Source: an uncultured Chlamydiae bacterium
GTDB taxonomy: Bacteria > Chlamydiota > Chlamydiia > Chlamydiales > SM23-39
DNA length: 64,000 nucleotides
Reading direction: 5' to 3'
Assembly (NCBI GenBank): GCA_963828125.1
Contig: CAWHDP010000001.1
Coordinates: forward strand, 192,001 to 256,000
Within the stretch, counting starts at the first letter, position 1, and the number at the start of each line of letters is the position of its first letter. The position numbers and the translations under genes are program-made. The notes below the pieces were generated by a model. The model was not told the DNA's origin, made no database searches, and saw only the letters and a program-made list of their open reading frames with translations. Of the stretch, positions 27,801 to 35,588 are shown piece after piece.

Positions 27801-27950
27801 ATTGGCGCTCACGGAAGTATGCTCTGGGCTGGCGTTGACTTTTTGCTCACCGTGAGAGAGGTGTTCGAATTCGAAGCGAGCTATGATTTACAGTGGAATT
27901 CATCTTATTTGAATAACGGGTTCTATCTGGGATTTGGGGGCAATTTCTAG
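21834..27950 (+). CDS. large type Va autotransporter/adhesin with passenger-associated (PATR-like) repeats
   Basis: 2038 aa, G/S/T/N-rich; repeated LTLSG.NTYTG.T.V..G.L; C-terminal beta-barrel with terminal Phe (YLGFGGNF); N-terminal signal peptide (start may be 21861). Confidence 0.9.
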   Translation: MGRTTVEIFVKSKVVLFLMSSVAMQLLATSYTWNISSNGTWSTDADWTPNTGFPNGTSDTAAFPAFAASTIAVSGINSYTVNALTFSGNTTAYTLSGSGLTIGGSTPTITATGTKNHAISVPITLDTALTVNVGSGGTVTSSGGISGSFGVTQSGGTGGFILSNTNSFTGAILVSAGTLVTGTSNTFPTASTNTVTVNSPGVIDLFNNNNAMYSLGGSGTVTASYASATLTIDSSSTFGGSLTNHLGVTLGSGVTLTLSGSGNSYTGATSVPSGTVLEAGASNSLPSASAITVGGTLALENYANNAIGSLFGSGSVTTSGSGVTLQINNGGIFSGTLPSNLTALYLNGGSLQLLTGATYPYPFTGGSGGLEIGSFSMPTDDITVIFSSAGSSFSNTSSTYSGGTTVSEGSTLEADAQFTFSNNSAVTVYGTLQLNNFSNSIGGLEGDGTIGASYNVMTESPPTLTIYGGGNFIGNGWPVVSGNQLAALNLEGGGTLQFIDNTQTFPYPFTGGSGGIELSDDSNMTLETANTYTGGTAIDELSTLTVLYSGNFSSSGNFVVNGTFNMNDSTTMADNTVITVGPLSGTGTINLGNHAIQVSPVFGDSSNNFGGILTGTTLSGYSGNLIINGESNGTLILSGSANTYPGATTITSGILQAGENNTLPANTDVFVATNGTLAVSDYSIQIYSLSGSGAVTTGTSPTALLTITNGSTPHTGSGTFSGAIVDGGSGGVVINGGTFTCSNGTQFANTYSGPTSVNGIAVLQANGTNSLPYQSPITLNDAAVLDISTNPSNNQIAGLYGSSDSTVLLGSGTQLTVTGGGTYLGVMSGVGQLINTTELLTLEGENTFQGGTTVSSGTLALAGNGYLLSTGAVSVTGTFDVSAISSNFTNIGTLTGSGIVNLGDKELRLNPTTSSSTFNGTIQGTEGSLTLVGNGSGNTVILTGINNTYTGTTLVTGSSGSLGTLEIGASGALSPQTNVVVENYGVFQLNPGTTNTALTLTSSGVVNNMSDPSTFTDISVTGGTFNNTGNTVLTFDSFDMTGGLLINGSSSLVDTSSMGSLTPADQGPFMITGGTIDNYSVFNLTTYTQGSEATLNMEFSLVSPANAPPLISCSGDATLDGTLNVIYNGTAPGSFASAYPLIESNHNIGSFATTSISGFGTTPPPVLIPTYSTLYLFFASTNAAWGLNGSGSWDIGSGDYVNWHPTGIPGVVAGNTTIVNFNDTPMGSAPDITVSLSDAAGTGPLAVTVYQMNFDSSIHSYTIEQYNSSSSITFATSSDSLNTQINVILGSHEIDAPILIDTGFANTGGDLYLTDGTQLTLGSNTTMTSGSTDGDYLEIFQGGAGHLGTGELANNGNLTPTAIYQYGATISNSGTINPDVYGIYPEEGDKAFFYNSGTGAVLGSTEAGYDGTTYIGYYGGTVEIVNSGTNATFGSSANDNIMLIGSDGYGGSTTITNSGYNSSFGPTGPNGYFYTYGDGTLSITNTGLGNLMGAFGNGAIVEATYGTIYNSSGAIFRAGPGGSLNIEGARIINDLRSVVGGTDQDVVLTSGLLNTSGSVLAFDYEQSGSGLLQMNLTTLPNVLGQVTADAAASLGGNLVVNALPGCNFPAGDVVDLITAQLGVNGTFTSVEYTGFPDTINPSITYLLNAVVLDVNPTVSASTSAGSIPAFSFISTNQNNFQVGRYISQLHGRLARKTQNQQTVARDAMETNLLASNSEGAIVAAKGAPLGSRETLRKETTEIHNKVVNRIPSRPWNFYMGPIDSVGTIGAKSSTQAGVSYNSIGALAGFDYALSRYGLGFSASYANTAGRVDHGGRLSLNGIHGSAYGIWTPENLDQLGISAILGGGYEWISVDRKAGPSPALTAHGSPNGAEFDALLGVEYIFSNRQFSAFPQHLQLTPLANLQYIGAWIDSYNETNGGQFALNVKNQSPNSLRSLLGARLDYTYVTSQMTFKQEFDIGWQYEYLDDARQLNFATVNLASTKVVGTQVIGAHGSMLWAGVDFLLTVREVFEFEASYDLQWNSSYLNNGFYLGFGGNF

Positions 27951-28006
27951 CCTAGCGAATTTTTGAGCGATTGTGGTATAACTCTTGAACTCTACGTTCA
28001 GGAGGG

Positions 28007-30265
28007 GTGATGCAGAAGTGGTACGGAGCCTTAGCGGCTCATCTGGCGGGCTGGATAGCCGTGGCAATGGTCGCGCTGAGCGGGCCTTTGCGCGGGGGAA
28101 CGCTCGGCCTAGTCGCGGGTTATAACGACAACACCACTGCCGCTGGCCTGGCCCTTGTGATCCCGTCAGGGAACACCCTGGCAGTGTACGATTTTTCCTC
28201 CTCGCTTCTCTGGGGCAACAGCGGCTCTGTCAACGCTTCGAGCTGTGCGCTCAATGGTGCAGGGACGATCGGCCTGGTCGCGGGCTACGACGACAACGTG
28301 GCGGCCGCTGGCCTGGCCCTTGTGATCCCATCAGGCAACGCTCTGAGAGTATACGATTTTTCCTCCTCGCTCTCCTGGGACGGCGGCGACGCCTTAGGCT
28401 GCGCGCTCAATGGCGGAGGGACGCTCGGTCTGGTCGCGGGTTACAATACTGACAGCACCACTGGCCTGGCTCTTGTGGTTCCGTCAGGGAACACCCTGGC
28501 AGTGTACGATTTTTCTTCTTCTCTCTCTTCTTGGGGCGACGGCGGCGCCTCTGGCTGCGCGCTCAATGGTGCTGGAACGTTCGGCCTAGTCGCGGGCCAA
28601 ACGGCCGGCAGGACGGCGGGGCTGGCCGTTGTGATGCCATCGGGAGACACCCTTGCAGTACACGATGCTTCTAGCTTGCTCTCTTCTTGGGGCGCTGGCG
28701 GCGTGACCTATGGCTGCGCGCTCAATGGCGGAGGGACGTTTGGCCTTGTCGTGGGCGAAAACCACAGCTCGGGCTTTGCCGCCGCCGGCTTGGCCCTTGT
28801 GACCCGATCTGGCGACAGCTTCACGCTCTACGATTTTTCTTCTTCGCTCCCCTGGGGCGTCGGCAGCGGCGCCAGCGCCTCAGGCTGCGCGCTCAATGAT
28901 GCCGGAACGTTGGGCCTTGTCGCAGGTTACAACTACAACATGGGTATCGCAGGTCTTGCTGTCGTGATCCCGTCAGGGGGTACCCTTGCAGTGTACGATT
29001 TTTCCACTTCGCTCCCCTGGGGCAACGGCAACGCCTCGAGCTGCGCGCTCAATGGCGCAGGTACGCTTGGCCTTGTCGCGGGCTATAACCGCAACACAGA
29101 TACCCCCGGCCTTGCCGTTGTGATCCCATCCAGCCATACCCTGACTGTTTACGATTTTTCCACCTCGCTTCCTTGGGGCAGCGGCAGCGTCTCCGGCTGC
29201 GCCCTTGGCGGCCTGGCTCAGGCGCTGACTCCCACTGCGATAGGATCTCCTGCATCTAGCGTGAGCTACACTGTGCTGAGTGAATCCGCTGCCCTGTCTG
29301 CACATGGGGCGCAAAAAAAAATCGGAGCCATGTTCCGGGGAGTTCTCGGGAATCAAGCAGTGAGTCTCATCGCCGATGCTTCAAAAGCGGTGCGCTCAAC
29401 ACGGACGGGCTCATTACATTACCCGCCATTGTCCTCCAAGGATCGGTATTCTGTGTGGATGATGCCCTTCGCCGATTTGTTGTATCAGGCGTCGCAGGGC
29501 GATAACCCTGCTTTTTCCAATGAAATCATAGGCGCTCTGCTGGGTTTTGATGCGCAGTGCGGCCGGGAAGCTTTTGTGGGCGTCGGGGCTGCTTATGCGT
29601 TTAATTATGTCGATTATGGGAAGGCGTTAGGACACGCTACCATCAATCAAGAAACAGCAGTTGCATACGGTTCTTGGAACGGGGATACGATGTTTGTCAA
29701 CGCCTCTCTTTGGGGGGGATTTTATCAATTGCACAACATACGCCATCACATACTGACAGCGACGTCTCATTTCGACGGGTACATCTTTTCGCCCCATATA
29801 GAGACCGGAGCCGTCATTTGCGCGCAAACAGATTTCTTCTTCCTTGAACCGTTCGGCGCGCTCGATTGGGCAAATGACTGGCAGAGCCATTTTACCGAAA
29901 AAGGACCTACTGGACTCTTTGTCCCTGAACACTACTCTTCCCTTTTGCGCAGCGAGGCAGGTTTCCGTTTCTATGAAACATTCACGAAAGATTGGGGATG
30001 GCTGTATTTGGTGGAAAAATTAAGCTATATCAACCAAACGCCTTTTGGTCTGGGCAGCGCATCGGTTTCATTCGCAAGCTCCAACATTGTGTTTCCTGTG
30101 GCTATAGGCAGTGTACAGACGCAAAATTTGGGAGGGGTCGAACTCCATTGTATCTTCGTCCCTCGGCGCGAAAATGCGTTCTACGGAGCTATCGATCTAC
30201 AAGGTGAATTCGGCGCATCCTTCCAATCTTATTTTGCAACCGCCGCTGTGGGCAAAACTTTCTGA
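28007..30265 (+). CDS. autotransporter with seven 51-57 aa Cys-containing repeats (probable beta-propeller passenger)
   Basis: Seven copies of GT(L/I/F)GLV.G...GLA(L/V)V..S..(L/F)..(Y/H)D.S..L.W....CAL; C-terminal barrel ending VGKTF; AGGAGG SD. Confidence 0.85.
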   Translation: MMQKWYGALAAHLAGWIAVAMVALSGPLRGGTLGLVAGYNDNTTAAGLALVIPSGNTLAVYDFSSSLLWGNSGSVNASSCALNGAGTIGLVAGYDDNVAAAGLALVIPSGNALRVYDFSSSLSWDGGDALGCALNGGGTLGLVAGYNTDSTTGLALVVPSGNTLAVYDFSSSLSSWGDGGASGCALNGAGTFGLVAGQTAGRTAGLAVVMPSGDTLAVHDASSLLSSWGAGGVTYGCALNGGGTFGLVVGENHSSGFAAAGLALVTRSGDSFTLYDFSSSLPWGVGSGASASGCALNDAGTLGLVAGYNYNMGIAGLAVVIPSGGTLAVYDFSTSLPWGNGNASSCALNGAGTLGLVAGYNRNTDTPGLAVVIPSSHTLTVYDFSTSLPWGSGSVSGCALGGLAQALTPTAIGSPASSVSYTVLSESAALSAHGAQKKIGAMFRGVLGNQAVSLIADASKAVRSTRTGSLHYPPLSSKDRYSVWMMPFADLLYQASQGDNPAFSNEIIGALLGFDAQCGREAFVGVGAAYAFNYVDYGKALGHATINQETAVAYGSWNGDTMFVNASLWGGFYQLHNIRHHILTATSHFDGYIFSPHIETGAVICAQTDFFFLEPFGALDWANDWQSHFTEKGPTGLFVPEHYSSLLRSEAGFRFYETFTKDWGWLYLVEKLSYINQTPFGLGSASVSFASSNIVFPVAIGSVQTQNLGGVELHCIFVPRRENAFYGAIDLQGEFGASFQSYFATAAVGKTF

Positions 30266-30316
30266 GCTAAAAAAACCTTGCATGTCAATATGTTTTTTTA
30301 ATATAATTCTGCCCCT

Positions 30317-30697
30317 ATGAATGGGGATCTATCAAGAAAGATCATTGACGCCGCGGTGGAGGTTCATCATCTCCTTGGCGGCCCGGGGCTTTTGGAGAGC
30401 GTCTACGAATCGGCCCTTTGCCACGAGCTAGGGCTTCGCGGATTGGAGAGTAAGCGGCAGATGCCGATCCCTGTACTCTATAAAAATGTCCCGGTTCGAG
30501 AGCCCCTTTTCCTCGATATTTTGGTCGAAAATCGGGTGATCATTGAGGTGAAGGCAAATGGGATTGACTATCCCTACTATCAAGTCCAGCTATCGACCTA
30601 TATGCGCTTGACCGGTAAAAAATCGGGACTCCTCATCAATTTTGGGAAAGTGAACATCCACGACGGGATACGATCTGTGGAGAGTGCTGTAAAATAG
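30317..30697 (+). CDS. GxxExxY family protein (PD-(D/E)xK fold)
   Basis: GPGLLESVYE, DILVE..VIIEVK, QLSTYM, GLLINFG. Confidence 0.92.
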   Translation: MNGDLSRKIIDAAVEVHHLLGGPGLLESVYESALCHELGLRGLESKRQMPIPVLYKNVPVREPLFLDILVENRVIIEVKANGIDYPYYQVQLSTYMRLTGKKSGLLINFGKVNIHDGIRSVESAVK

Positions 30698-30706
30698 GAG
30701 ATCTCT

Positions 30707-31348
30707 ATGTTTGAGAAAAAATGGTTTTGCGCCACGTTTTGCGCGGTTTGTTCAATTGTCTATCCGGAGACGCTTCCTCTCCCTTATAGCACCTTAAAGG
30801 AGGTGCGCCCTTTTGTCGATTTTGGGTTTTATGGCAATGCAGAGCCGCTCCATGAGTTGATTGCTAAGCATTCCGTCAAGAGCGTGATTGAGGTGGGTGT
30901 GTTTATCGGCAAATCGGCCATGGATATGGCGGCGCAGCTTCCTGAGGACGGGGTATTGTATGCGGTCGACCATTTTTTGGGTTCTGTTGAACATCAGCCG
31001 GGCCAAGGAGCTTGGCATCCCTGCCAGCCTTACCTTTATGAACAGTTTTTATCGAACGTGATCCATGCCAAACTCACCCACAAAATGATCCCGGTTCGGA
31101 TGGCGAGTCTTGAAGCGGCTCGAGTGCTGGAGACGACGCAGCCCGATCTCATCTACATAGATGCATCTCATGACACCGAGTCGGTCTACAAAGATCTTTG
31201 CGCCTGGTTCCCTTTAGTGGATGGAAGGGGAATTTTATGCGGGGACGACTGGTTGTGGGATTCGGTTCGGGCAGCTGTAGAGCGGTTTGCTAAGGAAGAA
31301 AAACTAAAGATCCACACCGCCGATTCTTTCTGGTGGTTAGAGGAATAG
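30707..31348 (+). CDS. class I SAM-dependent methyltransferase (Methyltransf_24-like) with N-terminal signal/anchor
   Basis: IEVGVFIGKS, AVDHFLGS, DLIYIDASHD, GILCGDDW. Confidence 0.88.
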   Translation: MFEKKWFCATFCAVCSIVYPETLPLPYSTLKEVRPFVDFGFYGNAEPLHELIAKHSVKSVIEVGVFIGKSAMDMAAQLPEDGVLYAVDHFLGSVEHQPGQGAWHPCQPYLYEQFLSNVIHAKLTHKMIPVRMASLEAARVLETTQPDLIYIDASHDTESVYKDLCAWFPLVDGRGILCGDDWLWDSVRAAVERFAKEEKLKIHTADSFWWLEE

Positions 31349-31355
31349 GGAGCTG

Positions 31356-32441
31356 CTAAAATTTCAAACTCAGCGTCGCGTAGGGTCCGTTGACAGAGAA
31401 GTCGCTCTGAACGTGCTTCATGCTGCCGGTGGAGAGCGATCCCAATTCGAGGGGGAGAATATTTTCATTCGTCTCGTAGCCGCTGAGCGCGTTCAGATAA
31501 ATAGCCCCCATGTAGCCGACCTCGAGTGTGAGGATATAGCCTCTGCAAAAATGGTAGGAGCCGTCTAGCCCCAGCGAGCCTTCTAAAGAGGGGACGACTT
31601 GAGAGACGCTTTTGCTCTGGACGCTTTCCCGGTTCGAGCTGACGCCTACCGCTTCAAGCGATGCTGAGGAACCGGTAAATTTGTACTCGGCAGGTTGCAT
31701 GCTGCCGAATAAAAGGCCTGCTGCAAATTCTCCTATGAAACGGAAAGTGGAGTAGAGAGTGTAGACGTTGACGAGGCCGAGTCGCGGGCCCATGCCGAGA
31801 TAGGTGGAGGTGTTCTCGAGAAGGAGGGAAGGGGGTGGGGCGGGGTGTTGGAAAGTGGAAGTGAGCCGTTCTTTAATTCGTATCCCGCTTAAGCCTGAGA
31901 ACAGGCGTATCTGCATATGGGGGCCGATATTGACGTTCGTCCCCACATCGAGATTGACTACATCGTAGTGAAAATCGACTTTCGCTTTGGCCTCGGTCAA
32001 TTCGCCTACTCCTGTCGGATCATACGTAGTATCTCCGGTGCCCGGTCCAGTTTGGGAAAACGGGGAGATCCATTGCTGGATGGGGGTGACGCTGACCGAA
32101 TCGGAATCGGAAGTGCGCAAATGGGTCCAATTCAACTGCGTGTCGATGCCTGTATGGGCAAAGACGTACCGGATTCCAATGTTGAAGGCAGGCTGATAAG
32201 AGGGGTGAATCGCCTTAATGCTCCAATGGGGAGTGATCAACGGGAGAAAATAGGTCTGCACCCCCCATCCCAAATTGTCGGCGGCTGGTCTCAGAAAAAG
32301 GAGGCTCCCCTCGATCTCAAAACCGGGAGCCATGTTCGGCACAAAGACCTCGAAAGGGGTGTGTCCTTTTTTAGGCTCCTCTTGAGCCATAGCTACAGAA
32401 GAGAGTCCCAAGACTAGAAATATATTTCGCAACATGCCCAT
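31356..32441 (-). CDS. outer membrane beta-barrel, Legionella MOMP/Lpg1974-like porin
   Basis: Signal peptide; FEVFVPNMAPGFEIEGSLLFLRP, PSYQPAFNIGIRY, GMGPRLG, terminal GPYATLSLKF. Confidence 0.75.
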   Translation of the reverse strand: MGMLRNIFLVLGLSSVAMAQEEPKKGHTPFEVFVPNMAPGFEIEGSLLFLRPAADNLGWGVQTYFLPLITPHWSIKAIHPSYQPAFNIGIRYVFAHTGIDTQLNWTHLRTSDSDSVSVTPIQQWISPFSQTGPGTGDTTYDPTGVGELTEAKAKVDFHYDVVNLDVGTNVNIGPHMQIRLFSGLSGIRIKERLTSTFQHPAPPPSLLLENTSTYLGMGPRLGLVNVYTLYSTFRFIGEFAAGLLFGSMQPAEYKFTGSSASLEAVGVSSNRESVQSKSVSQVVPSLEGSLGLDGSYHFCRGYILTLEVGYMGAIYLNALSGYETNENILPLELGSLSTGSMKHVQSDFSVNGPYATLSLKF

Positions 32442-32487
32442 TTTACCTGCCGATTTGCAACTCTTCCGTATGTTCGCCGATGGCAAC

Positions 32488-35400
32488 TTAATTTTCAACC
32501 ACATCGGCCCCCTGGGCGATCATGGGAAGGACGTCTGCAATAGTGGGGTTCCAGTCGAGTCCTCTTTTGTAGACGATGTGTGAGGCCAGATAGCAGGAGA
32601 TGACCGCTTTTTTGTGGATCTCGGGCATGGATAAAATCTCCTTTTTATACTCCTTTTGGAGAACAGGGGGGCAGTAGTGGATGAGACATTGGATGAGGGA
32701 GGGATCATTCAAGTCCGTTGTCTCCAAATGGTCGAGCAGTTGATATTTGAATAGGTTGATTTTATCGGAGATCTGATTCGACAGTTCAGTGAAAAATTGC
32801 CCTGTCTTCTGATGTGTTTCTACAATGAGCCGCGCTTCGTTCAAAGCGGCCTTGCCGATCAGATCGAGGATCTCCTTTACGTATTGAGTTTTTCCAGCGA
32901 CAAATGCCCCCTCGCTCATACAAAGGCTTGCCAGAACCTCGAAGGAGGAGCAAATCACCCCCCCTTTATTGCATGAGCTATCGATGAAAATGAACACGCC
33001 CAGTTTTTCCAGGGCGCGTCGAGCGGCGGGGGTGAGATAGAGGTTGGCTCCTTCGACGATCCCTCGTGCCGTGGGTTTGCCGGTTTCATCGAGGAAACTC
33101 AGATAATTCGTCTCATTGAGCGTCCGCGGTCTTCCCCCTGCGGGTAGGAATACATCCGTCTTGACTTGGTGGATATTATTTCGATAGAGCTGATGCATTT
33201 CGTTGCCGGAGATCCAATCTTGGACCGCTTTTCCTTTGATCATTCGCCAAATCAAGGTTTGTTGCGCATAGGAGGTCTCTTCTCTTCGAGTCCGTAAATC
33301 AAGGAGAAAGCCCCCTTCGTGCAACTTCTCGGCAGGGTAGTTGCGGATTGGCAAGCTTTTATGGAATAGGTTTGCCATCTCTTGTAAATCGAGCCCTTTC
33401 GGATCGAAAATCGTCCCGGAGACATCGGTCAATGCAAGCAACTGCGCCGTGTTTGGATAGTATTTCAATAGATTCAAAATTTCGTTCCCAGCGACATCCC
33501 CATCGGGCCCGCCCGAAATTTTGATGGTGAACCGATCCGTTTTTGGATCGATGCCAAGAAAATGGAGCATCTGTTCTAAATAGACATTCACGCCAAAGGA
33601 GGTGACTCCGTATTCTTTGTGATTGATTCCGGCCCCAGGCTTGCCGCTGATAAACGATCGTCCCGGCTTGTAATCGTGTCTCATCGCAAAGTCGGCAATC
33701 CAGACGATCATCTCGTTAAACATGTTTTCATCGGGGCCCAAATAGATATATTCGGGCCTTTTCCAGTAATCGACGATCGATTTGGCTCGTAAGATCCCCT
33801 CTTCATTGCAGTTGACGAGGGTCACCAAACCGTCGATGAATGAGCGCTGCGAGGCAAACAGATAGTCGAGCTTGTGATCGCGCCGGTAGATTTTGAGCTT
33901 TTCGTCCCACAGAACCGGATCGATCCCGTCGGCCCTCATCTCTTTTTTATAGATCTCTTCCTCTTCGGCAAAGACCTCGAACGGTTCGAGCAAAATGGCC
34001 GTTTTTGCCCCTCCTTCGGGAATGTCCTTATTTTTTTTCTGCTGTGTATAGGCGAGGTTATAGGCTTCGGAGAAAATATTGTTCCGCTCTTGTAAATAGG
34101 CCTCCATCCGTTCTGGGATGACCGTCCGAACCCCGCCTCTGGCCAAATCTTTAAACCGGATATTGAACCCGATAAAATGCATGCCTCGAATGAAAAAAAT
34201 CCCATAAGGGAGTTCTGGAAATTTCTCTGCCCGATCGTAAGGGACATGATCCATGTATTTCGGATCGAGCCGAAAGGCAAAGGAGCTTTTGTTACGGCGG
34301 TAAAAATTGGTTTTGAGCGTGTGGTCGATCAGGTTCACCGCCTGCTTTAAGATGTTTTTTCGCCGCATATCATTGATTGCCTGGCCTGTGTCCAATTGAT
34401 CGACTGCCTCTAAAAATTTTTGCTTCAGCGTGTCATAGCGCTGCAATTCGCTCTTCTCCGGGTCGAACTTCGCCTCAAACAATTTGCAAAGCTGCACCGT
34501 CAACTCGGGATGGCGGCAAAGCCCTTCGCTGACATGATCATACGAATATAAATTGGGATCGCCATAGACCAAGACTTGATGGCTGAAACTGATTAAATTT
34601 CTCACCAAATGGGCCTCATTGCCCGTCAATAAGTAGTTGTCGGTAAAAATGGCCCCCACTTTGTCGTCGGTCTCGAAATATTTAATCAGCACAAACTCCC
34701 GCAAGAAATCATCGATGTCGGCCTCTTCCCACGCCGCCTTCCCCGTTTTCCCGTGGAGGCCTAATGAGAGGATCAAAATGGTCTCAGTGTTCGATAAGTC
34801 GATGTAGGTTCCAACTACCTTTTTGAGCGCCAGATGGTGGGAGCTGATGATTTTAGCCAGGGTGTAGAGGAATCCCGCTTTCGGCACATTCCTCCACGCC
34901 ATCACGAGTTGCAAAGAGGGGGCCTCTTTCTCTTCCCACCGCTCATTTTTCCTCACCTCGTATTGGCATTGGTCTCTGTTTTTGGCCCGGAAAAACATCT
35001 CCAACGCCAAAGAGAGCCTCTCGCCTGCCATTGAGTGGAGAAAATTTGGCGTAATTCCATGCGTCAGCGACTCGATTTCCTCATCTTTTAAATTCGGATT
35101 GTGCTCTCGCGCATGGGCAAAAAGGGCCTCTTTTTGATCGTGTTTCAGTTTCTGAAGTTTAGATAGATCGTAAAAATAGAGGAAGGCGATCCTGAGCTGT
35201 CCCGATGCATCGCCGGGCGGCGCTCCCCTAGATACAAACGCGCGATAGTAGCGAATCACATAGTTTTTAAATTTTTTAAAGATTCGCAAATCGGCGTCGG
35301 GTCCGTCCTGGCAGAGGACGATGATTTTGTGTTTGAAATAGATCGGAGTGAACCGGTCTTGCAGAGAAAAACTCATCAGGTTGCGGGCGATCAGGATTTT

Positions 35401-35547
35401 GGTCTCTTGATCGAGCGTTTCAAGAAAGCTTCTCGGCATCTGGTCGTCTAGCCATAAATAGGCATGCTCAAAGGCCTTTGTCTCAATGTCGATCGCTTTC
35501 TTCAACTCTTCCGGAGACAAAGGGGAAGGTTCTTCATTCGGGCGCAT
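32488..35547 (-). CDS. NAD-specific glutamate dehydrogenase, large (about 1000 aa, GDH2-like)
   Basis: KTNFY, FKDLARGGVR, QQKKNKDIPEGGAK, LGPDEN, INHKEYGVTS, GGPDGDVAGN, EGANLY, NKGGVICSSFE. Confidence 0.92.
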   Translation of the reverse strand: MRPNEEPSPLSPEELKKAIDIETKAFEHAYLWLDDQMPRSFLETLDQETKILIARNLMSFSLQDRFTPIYFKHKIIVLCQDGPDADLRIFKKFKNYVIRYYRAFVSRGAPPGDASGQLRIAFLYFYDLSKLQKLKHDQKEALFAHAREHNPNLKDEEIESLTHGITPNFLHSMAGERLSLALEMFFRAKNRDQCQYEVRKNERWEEKEAPSLQLVMAWRNVPKAGFLYTLAKIISSHHLALKKVVGTYIDLSNTETILILSLGLHGKTGKAAWEEADIDDFLREFVLIKYFETDDKVGAIFTDNYLLTGNEAHLVRNLISFSHQVLVYGDPNLYSYDHVSEGLCRHPELTVQLCKLFEAKFDPEKSELQRYDTLKQKFLEAVDQLDTGQAINDMRRKNILKQAVNLIDHTLKTNFYRRNKSSFAFRLDPKYMDHVPYDRAEKFPELPYGIFFIRGMHFIGFNIRFKDLARGGVRTVIPERMEAYLQERNNIFSEAYNLAYTQQKKNKDIPEGGAKTAILLEPFEVFAEEEEIYKKEMRADGIDPVLWDEKLKIYRRDHKLDYLFASQRSFIDGLVTLVNCNEEGILRAKSIVDYWKRPEYIYLGPDENMFNEMIVWIADFAMRHDYKPGRSFISGKPGAGINHKEYGVTSFGVNVYLEQMLHFLGIDPKTDRFTIKISGGPDGDVAGNEILNLLKYYPNTAQLLALTDVSGTIFDPKGLDLQEMANLFHKSLPIRNYPAEKLHEGGFLLDLRTRREETSYAQQTLIWRMIKGKAVQDWISGNEMHQLYRNNIHQVKTDVFLPAGGRPRTLNETNYLSFLDETGKPTARGIVEGANLYLTPAARRALEKLGVFIFIDSSCNKGGVICSSFEVLASLCMSEGAFVAGKTQYVKEILDLIGKAALNEARLIVETHQKTGQFFTELSNQISDKINLFKYQLLDHLETTDLNDPSLIQCLIHYCPPVLQKEYKKEILSMPEIHKKAVISCYLASHIVYKRGLDWNPTIADVLPMIAQGADVVEN

Positions 35548-35588
35548 AGGCCCCTTTTATCGAAGAGGCCTATTATTTGAAAGATGAA

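Noticed and set aside
28097..29213. CRISPR-like repeat array
   Set aside because: Units are 150-170 bp, in frame and degenerate at codon third positions, so they are protein-coding repeats; no cas genes are present.
32488..35547. Eukaryote-like GDH2 as a novel horizontal transfer
   Set aside because: To my knowledge this roughly 1000-aa form is already known from environmental chlamydiae and other bacteria; nothing here suggests recent transfer.
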